A stretch of 32,172 nucleotides of DNA from Gemmatimonadota bacterium (GTDB lineage Bacteria > Gemmatimonadota > Gemmatimonadetes > Palauibacterales > Palauibacteraceae), in assembly GCA_039588275.1 (NCBI GenBank), contig JBDHAC010000039.1, positions 1 to 32,172 on the forward strand, in the 5' to 3' direction. The notes under the pieces are model-generated. The model was not told where the DNA came from. It ran no database searches and saw nothing but the letters and a program-made list of their open reading frames with translations. Of this stretch, positions 26,012-32,172 are shown one piece after another. Every line of letters starts with the position of its first letter. The first letter of the stretch is position 1. The translations under genes were made by a program, and so were the position numbers.

Positions 26012-27253
26012 GTGAGTATGTTCAGGTTTCGCTGTACCGAGTGCGGCCGCGAGCACGCGGAGGAGAGGTCGCGTCTCGTGTGCGACGGCTGCGCCGCGCT
26101 CCAGGAGCCCGGGGGGCCCACACGGGGTGTTCTGGCCGTGGAGCTGGACGAGCTGCCCGGCGAGTGGCCAGCGGCCCGCGCGTCGGACCCGGCGTTCCTG
26201 ACCGCTTTCTTGCCGCTCGCTTCGGCCGCGTCGCTCCCGTCGATCCCCGTCGGCGGGACTCCGTTGCTCACGGCCCCCGAGCTGCGACAAGCGCTCGATC
26301 TGCCCCGCCTGTGGGTCAAAGACGACACGCGGAATCCGAGCGGCTCCACCAAGGACCGCGCATCTCTCCTGGTCGTCGCCAAGGCGCGCGAATACGGCTA
26401 CGAGACGGTCGCGACCGCCTCCAGCGGCAACGCGGCCACCGCCCTGGCCGCGGTCGGGGCCGCCGCCGGCATCCGCACGGTGCTCTTCGTCCCCGCGACC
26501 GCCCCGGAGGCCAAGCTCGTGCAGATGATCACGTACGGCTCCGAGGTCCTCCCCGTCGACGGGACCTACGACGAGGCGTTCGAGCTCTGCCTCGCCGCCT
26601 GCGACGAGTTCGGGTGGTACAACCGCAACACGGCCCTCAACCCGTTCACGATCGAGGGCAAGAAGACGGCCGCGCTCGAGATCGCGGCGTCCATGCGTCC
26701 GGAGTCACCGGACGTGGTCATCGTACCGGTCGGTGACGGGGTCATCCTGGCCGCGATCGCCAAGGGGTTCGCGGATCTGGTGCTGGCCGGTCTCATCGAA
26801 AGAAGTCCGCGCCTCATCGCCGTGCAGCCCGCCGGCTCGGCGGCCATCGTCCGCGCGCTGCGAGACGCGGCCGCCGCGATTACGCCGGTACCGGGCGCGG
26901 CCAGCGTCGCGGACAGTCTGAACGTCGAGACACCGCGCAACGCGATCCTGTGCCTGCAACGCGTGCGGGAGTCGGGTGGAGCGGGGGTGGAGGTGCCCGA
27001 CGAGGCGATCCTCCTCGCGATCCCGGATCTGGCGAGGCACACCGGAGTGTTCGCCGAGCCGGCGGCCGCGGCGACGCTTGCGGGTCTTCGCGCCGCGCTC
27101 GCCGAGGGCCTGGTCGACCACGATGAGAGAATCGTGCTGCTCGTCACCGGAAACGGGCTGAAGGACGTGCCGGCGGCAGCGCGCGCCGTCAGCCGGCCGC
27201 AGCCGATCCCGCCCGATCTCGGCGCCGTACGCGAATCCCTCGCCTCCTGGTAG
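26012..27253 (+). CDS. Threonine synthase-like PLP enzyme
   Basis: N-terminal CTECG...CDGC, GGTPL, NPSGSTKDR, ASSGN, EGKKT, PVGDG, EPAAA and VTGNGLKD. Start is GTG 26012 or ATG 26018. Confidence 0.88.
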   Translation: MSMFRFRCTECGREHAEERSRLVCDGCAALQEPGGPTRGVLAVELDELPGEWPAARASDPAFLTAFLPLASAASLPSIPVGGTPLLTAPELRQALDLPRLWVKDDTRNPSGSTKDRASLLVVAKAREYGYETVATASSGNAATALAAVGAAAGIRTVLFVPATAPEAKLVQMITYGSEVLPVDGTYDEAFELCLAACDEFGWYNRNTALNPFTIEGKKTAALEIAASMRPESPDVVIVPVGDGVILAAIAKGFADLVLAGLIERSPRLIAVQPAGSAAIVRALRDAAAAITPVPGAASVADSLNVETPRNAILCLQRVRESGGAGVEVPDEAILLAIPDLARHTGVFAEPAAAATLAGLRAALAEGLVDHDERIVLLVTGNGLKDVPAAARAVSRPQPIPPDLGAVRESLASW

Positions 27254-27276
27254 CCACCACCGGTCGTCAGGCGGAT

Positions 27277-28800
27277 ATGCCTCGGGTCGCCATCGCCTCC
27301 GTGTCCCAAATCGCCGTCGACGCCGGTGCGCAAGCTGTGGCGGAAGGCGGTAACGCCGTAGACGCCGCGGTCGCCACGACCCTGGCGGCCGCCGTCACGT
27401 CACCGGCGATGACTTCGCTTGGCGGGGGAGGGTATGCGACGATCTGGCCACCCGATGGACCGCCGGAGACCATCGACGGCGGTTTCGAAACGCCGGGGCG
27501 CGGGCTTGATCCAGCGAGGCTGGGCGGCGGACGCATCGACGTGCACATCGGCTACGCGGGTGGCACGGACACCACCGTCGGCCCAGGCTCGGTGGCCACC
27601 CCTGGCGTGCTCGCCCTCTGCGCGCTCGCTTCGGAGCGTCACGGTCGCCTTCCCTGGAAAGCGTTGGTGCAACCGTCGTACGAGCACGCGCGCGATGGAT
27701 TCCCACTCCCAAAGCCCTGCCATGATTATCTGGTGCACGCTCACGACTCCGTCTTCGGTTGGAACCACGATAGCTTCACCGCGCTCCACGACGCCGACGG
27801 GCAGTTGCTCGAGCCCGGGGCGCGGATTGAGGTCCCCGATCTTGCGGACAGCCTGCGATTGATCGGCGAGCAAGGCGCCGACGCGTTCTACCGAGGTGAG
27901 CTGGCCCGGCGAGTCGCCGATTACATGGAACGGGAAGGCGGCATCGTGACCGCGGACGATTTGGCCGCCTACCGTGGGAGGGTCCGGAAGGCGCTTACTA
28001 TCGACCATTCCGGGTGGCGCGTCGCGACGAACCCACCCCCCGCCGTCGGCGGGGTCGTCCTCGCGGCCATGTTGCTCCTGATGGGCGGCCGGCCGAGGGA
28101 GCGGTGGAGCACTCGGGAGGTGGAGCGGCTGATCCGGGTGCAGGAGGCGGTCCTGCTACACCGTCACGATGTGCTGATCCGAGCCGATGACCTCACCGCG
28201 GAGGCGAGCGCCCTCCTGAGGCGGGCGGATGCGGGGAACCTCCCCGGCCGAATGTCGGCTTCCACCGTCCATACGTCGGCCGTGTCCAGCGACGGTCTCG
28301 CGTGCTCGATCACGATCTCGGAGGGGTACGGATCGGGCGCCATCGCACCCGGGACGGGGATCTGGCTCAACAATTCGCTGGGCGAGCTCGAGCTCAATCC
28401 GCGAGGATTCCACCAGTCGCCGCCGGGCCACCGACTACCTTCCAACATGGCCCCGTCCGCGGCACGGTCGCCGGATGGAACCGTGCTTGCGATCGGGTCG
28501 CCCGGGGCAGACCGGATCACCACCGCGATCCTGCAGGGGACGCTGAACATCATCGATCTGAAGCTGCCCCTCCAGGCAGCGGTCGATCACCCGCGACTGC
28601 ACGTCAAGCTGACCGACGAGGGCTCGCTGGTGAGGTTCGAGGAGGGGCTGCCGGTAGAGGAATTGAGTGTGAACAGCCACTGTGTCGGCAAGCGTGTCAT
28701 GTACTTCGGCGCTGTCGAGGCGGCGGCCTTCCACCCCGTAGCAGGCCTGGAGGCTGCAGCGGATGTCCGCCGGGTTGGAGGAACGGCGGTCGCGGGCTAG
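27277..28800 (+). CDS. Gamma-glutamyltransferase-family Ntn hydrolase
   Basis: GGNAVDAAVA, SLGGGGY, SVATPG, FYRGELA, DLAAY, STVHTSAV (putative Thr nucleophile), GIWLNN, GSPG and PRLH. Confidence 0.88.
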   Translation: MPRVAIASVSQIAVDAGAQAVAEGGNAVDAAVATTLAAAVTSPAMTSLGGGGYATIWPPDGPPETIDGGFETPGRGLDPARLGGGRIDVHIGYAGGTDTTVGPGSVATPGVLALCALASERHGRLPWKALVQPSYEHARDGFPLPKPCHDYLVHAHDSVFGWNHDSFTALHDADGQLLEPGARIEVPDLADSLRLIGEQGADAFYRGELARRVADYMEREGGIVTADDLAAYRGRVRKALTIDHSGWRVATNPPPAVGGVVLAAMLLLMGGRPRERWSTREVERLIRVQEAVLLHRHDVLIRADDLTAEASALLRRADAGNLPGRMSASTVHTSAVSSDGLACSITISEGYGSGAIAPGTGIWLNNSLGELELNPRGFHQSPPGHRLPSNMAPSAARSPDGTVLAIGSPGADRITTAILQGTLNIIDLKLPLQAAVDHPRLHVKLTDEGSLVRFEEGLPVEELSVNSHCVGKRVMYFGAVEAAAFHPVAGLEAAADVRRVGGTAVAG

Positions 28801-28888
28801 GCACCACCCCATCTCTTCGGGCTGAAACCGTCCTCCCCACCCACCCGTAGTGGCCCCAGTCCACGACTCCCCATCCAGAGGCCACGAC

Positions 28889-29740
28889 ATGAACGATGCA
28901 AGCGGCGTGAACGGCGACGGGACCGTCAACCGCGGCGGGAGCGCCGCCGGTAACGGCGGCGGCGACGCGCGCCACAACGGAAGCGGTATCCCGCTGATAC
29001 AGATGGAGGGCGTCCGCAAGATCTTCTTCACGGAAGAGGTGGAGACCCACGCCCTTCAGGACATCTATCTCACGATCGAAGAGGGCGAGTTCGTATCCGT
29101 CGCCGGCCCGTCGGGTTGCGGCAAGTCCACGCTTCTGTCTCTGCTGGGGCTTCTCGACTCTCCCACCAAGGGCGCCTACCAGTTGGATGGCACTCCGGTG
29201 GAGACGCTTTCGGCCTCGCAAAGGGCCACGATCCGCAATCGCCATATCGGGTTCATCTTCCAGGCCTTCAACCTGATCGGAGACCTGACGGTGTACGAGA
29301 ACGTGGAGCTGCCGCTCACGTACCGGGGTCTGCCCGCCTCGGAGCGGAAGGAGAGGGTACACCGCGCGCTCGAGCGGGTGGGCATGTCGCACCGCACGGG
29401 TCACTATCCGTCACAGCTCTCCGGCGGTCAGCAACAGCGTGTCGCGGTCGCGAGAGCCGTAGTCGGCGACCCGCTCATCCTGCTGGCCGACGAGCCCACC
29501 GGGAACCTGGATTCCTCCAACGGCCAGGCCGTCATGGAACTCCTCGGAGAGCTTCACGCCGAGGGGGCGACCATCTGCATGGTGACGCACGACCCGCGGT
29601 ACGCGCACTTCGCGGACCGCCAGATACACATCTTCGATGGCCAGGTGGTGGATACGGAAGATCTGTCCGATGAGGTCGCGCGAGATCTGCGGGAGAGCGG
29701 CTACGAGGTGGGCGCGGTCAGCGGAGCGGTAGCCGAATGA
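28889..29740 (+). CDS. ABC transporter ATP-binding protein (LolD/MacB type)
   Basis: GPSGCGKST, GFIFQAFNLI, LSGGQQQRVAVARA, ADEPTGNLDS and MVTHD. ATG 28889 follows AGAGG. Confidence 0.95.
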   Translation: MNDASGVNGDGTVNRGGSAAGNGGGDARHNGSGIPLIQMEGVRKIFFTEEVETHALQDIYLTIEEGEFVSVAGPSGCGKSTLLSLLGLLDSPTKGAYQLDGTPVETLSASQRATIRNRHIGFIFQAFNLIGDLTVYENVELPLTYRGLPASERKERVHRALERVGMSHRTGHYPSQLSGGQQQRVAVARAVVGDPLILLADEPTGNLDSSNGQAVMELLGELHAEGATICMVTHDPRYAHFADRQIHIFDGQVVDTEDLSDEVARDLRESGYEVGAVSGAVAE

Positions 29741-32160
29741 GCGGCCTTCTGAAGGAGATCCGTTACGCGGCCCGGACGCTGCGAAAGAGCCCGGGTCTGA
29801 GCGGGATCGCGGTCCTCGCCCTGGCGCTCGGGATCGGGCTCACGACGATCATGTTCAGCATCGTCCACGGCGCGATCCTCAAGGGTCTCCCGTTCGACGA
29901 CGCCCATCGGCTGATGCACCTCGAGCGCAACAATCTCGCCGAGGACATCGAGTCGATGGAGGTCACGATCCACGACTACATGGACTGGCGCGAGCAACAA
30001 CAATCCTTCGAGTCACTAGCCGCCTTCTACGACGGAACGATCAACCTCAGCGGGACGGAGCGCGCCGAACGGTACGAGGGCGCGTTCATGACCGCCAACG
30101 CGTTCGGCTCGCTCGGTGTGCAGCCGATCCTGGGGCGCGGGTTCCGGGAAGACGAAGACGAGCCCGGAGCGCCCCCGGTGATCATGCTCGGCTACCACGT
30201 GTGGCAGGATCGCTTCTCGGGCGCCGAAGACGTGATCGGGAGCACCGTGCAGGTGAACGGCGAGCAGACCACGATCATCGGCGTGATGCCGGAGGGGTTC
30301 CGCTTCCCGTTTCTCCAGGATGTATGGGTGCCGCTCCGCATGGATCCGCTGGAGCTCAAGCGCGGCACCGGGACGACGCTCGAGGTCTATGGACGGCTCC
30401 GGGACGGGGTGAGTCTCGATCAGGCGACGGCCGAGATGCAGGCAATCGCCCAGCGGCTGGGGACCGCGTACCCCGAGACCAACGAGGGCGTCGGCGTGGT
30501 CATGAAGCCGTATGCGGAGGAGTACGTCGGTGAGGAGCCGCGCGGGCTCCTGTTCACGATGTTGGCTGCCGTATTCCTCGTCCTGCTCATCGCATGCGCG
30601 AACGTGGCCAATTTGTTGCTGGCGCGCGCTTCGACCCGCTCGCGCGAGCTCGCGATCCGGAGCGCCATCGGGGCGAGCCGGCTACGCGTGGTCCTGCAGC
30701 TCCTGGGTGACGGTCTCGTGCTGTCGACGGTGGGGGCCGCGCTCGGCATCGGGATCGCCTGGTTCGGGGTTCGCGCCTTCAACGACGCGATCGCGTCGGC
30801 GGACCCGCCGTTTTGGATCGACATCGGTCTGCACCCCACCGTTCTCCTGTTCGTCCTCGGGATCACGGTCCTCGCCGGGGTGCTCTCGGGCATCATCCCC
30901 GCTCTGCAGGCATCCGGAACGAGGGTCAACGAGGTCCTCAAGGATGAGTCGTGGGGCTCCTCGGGCTTCCGCGTGGGCAAGTTGAGCCGCGGGCTCGTGG
31001 TGGCCGAGATCGCTCTCTCCGTCGGTCTGCTCGTCGGCGCCGGGCTCATGATCAAGAGCGTGGCCAACCTCAACAGCATCGAGTACGGATTCACCACCGA
31101 GGAGGTGTTCACGGCCCGCATGGGTCTATTCGAGTCCGAGTACCCGGACCGCGAGAGCCGGCAGATTTTCTTCGACGAGGCCGTGCGGCGGCTGGACGGC
31201 TTGCCGGGCGTGGAGGCGGCTACGCTCGCCACGAGCCTGCCCGGCGTGTGGTCGGGTGGCACGTGGTTCGCCGTGGAAGGCGAGAGCTACGACCGGGATC
31301 AGGACTATCCGGGCGCCAACTGGGTCGCCGTCACGCCCGATTACTTCGAGACGTTCGATGTGGAGATCTCCGGGGGTCGCGGGTTCACGACGGCCGATGG
31401 TGCGGACGGCATGCAGGTGGCCATCGTGAACGAGAGCTTCGCCGACCGTTACTTCGCGGGCGAGGACGCGCTGGGAAGGCGCATTCGCCAGGGGCGCTCC
31501 GAGAGCGTGCAACCGTGGCTCACGATCGTGGGCATCGTGCCGGACATGTACCTGGAGGGCGTGGAGGATCAGGAGGACGATCCGGAGGGCATGTACGTCC
31601 CGCTCGCGCAGGCGGACGTCTCCTTTATCTACATGGCCCTGCGAGCCGGGGGTAACCCGATGACGTTGGCCAACCCCGCTCGGGATGCGGTGGCCGCCGT
31701 CGATCGGGATGTGCCGCTGTACTGGGTCCAGAGCCTGCAGTCGGCGATCGATGAGACCACGTGGTACTTCCGGGTATTCGGGACGCTGTTCGTGATCTTC
31801 GGGATCGTGGCGCTGTTTCTGGCCTCGGTGGGGCTGTATGGGGTCATGTCGGCGTCGGTCAGCAATCGCACCACCGAGATGGGGATCCGGATGGCGCTCG
31901 GTGCCAAAGCGGGTGACGTGCGCCGGCTCGTTCTGCGGCAGGGGATGATCCAGATGGCGATCGGCGTCGCGCTGGGGCTGGCCCTGGCCAGTCTGCTGGC
32001 CCGCGGATTGGAGATCCTGCTGTACCGGGTCGAGGCGTGGGATCCGTTGACCTTCATATCCATCTCGCTCGTGCTGACGGCGGTCGGGCTTCTCGCTTCG
32101 TACGTGCCGGCGCTCCGCGCCACGCGTGTCGAGCCGATGGCGGCGCTCCGCTACGAGTAG
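29737..32160 (+). CDS. Duplicated MacB/FtsX-type ABC permease (ADOP-like)
   Basis: R.LRKSPG...LALGIG, LLIACANVANLLLAR...RELAIRSAIGA, GLYGVM...RTTEMGIRMALGA and RATRVEPMAALRYE. ATGA overlap with the ATPase. Confidence 0.93.
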   Translation: MSGLLKEIRYAARTLRKSPGLSGIAVLALALGIGLTTIMFSIVHGAILKGLPFDDAHRLMHLERNNLAEDIESMEVTIHDYMDWREQQQSFESLAAFYDGTINLSGTERAERYEGAFMTANAFGSLGVQPILGRGFREDEDEPGAPPVIMLGYHVWQDRFSGAEDVIGSTVQVNGEQTTIIGVMPEGFRFPFLQDVWVPLRMDPLELKRGTGTTLEVYGRLRDGVSLDQATAEMQAIAQRLGTAYPETNEGVGVVMKPYAEEYVGEEPRGLLFTMLAAVFLVLLIACANVANLLLARASTRSRELAIRSAIGASRLRVVLQLLGDGLVLSTVGAALGIGIAWFGVRAFNDAIASADPPFWIDIGLHPTVLLFVLGITVLAGVLSGIIPALQASGTRVNEVLKDESWGSSGFRVGKLSRGLVVAEIALSVGLLVGAGLMIKSVANLNSIEYGFTTEEVFTARMGLFESEYPDRESRQIFFDEAVRRLDGLPGVEAATLATSLPGVWSGGTWFAVEGESYDRDQDYPGANWVAVTPDYFETFDVEISGGRGFTTADGADGMQVAIVNESFADRYFAGEDALGRRIRQGRSESVQPWLTIVGIVPDMYLEGVEDQEDDPEGMYVPLAQADVSFIYMALRAGGNPMTLANPARDAVAAVDRDVPLYWVQSLQSAIDETTWYFRVFGTLFVIFGIVALFLASVGLYGVMSASVSNRTTEMGIRMALGAKAGDVRRLVLRQGMIQMAIGVALGLALASLLARGLEILLYRVEAWDPLTFISISLVLTAVGLLASYVPALRATRVEPMAALRYE

Positions 32161-32172
32161 CCTCGGCGTCGG

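Noticed and set aside
1..32172. CRISPR arrays, tRNA/rRNA genes, IS elements
   Set aside because: No repeat-spacer pattern, RNA gene signature or transposase was seen by eye.

Overview
This is a gene-dense, GC-rich bacterial window. The plug-only carboxypeptidase-regulatory protein, peptidase-TolB-Omp85 fusion and duplicated MacB-type permease suggest Gemmatimonadota or a relative, which is an inference. The left third holds housekeeping and envelope genes: pyrE, proline dehydrogenase, nfuA, an ATP-grasp ligase, a holin-family membrane protein, a macro domain protein, a peptidase/beta-propeller/Omp85 fusion, rlpA, ndh and two small proteins. A minus-strand NodU/CmcH O-carbamoyltransferase plus SAM methyltransferase pair follows, with a candidate sigma-54 promoter. 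The main feature is a ~14 kb plus-strand cluster (14571-28800) resembling the anaerobic urate/purine degradation (ygf/yge, 2,8-dioxopurine) cluster of gut bacteria, but rewired. It has an Xdh without an FAD subunit, a YgfK lacking its FAD/NAD(P)H module, an allantoinase-like enzyme in place of HyuA, SsnA, YgeY, a YgeW-like carbamoyltransferase, two PLP enzymes in place of DpaL, a non-canonical GGT-family enzyme, and no carbamate kinase in the window. The window ends with a MacB-type ABC ATPase and permease. No tRNA, rRNA, CRISPR array or transposase was recognised. All calls come from motif recognition by eye; no searches were run.
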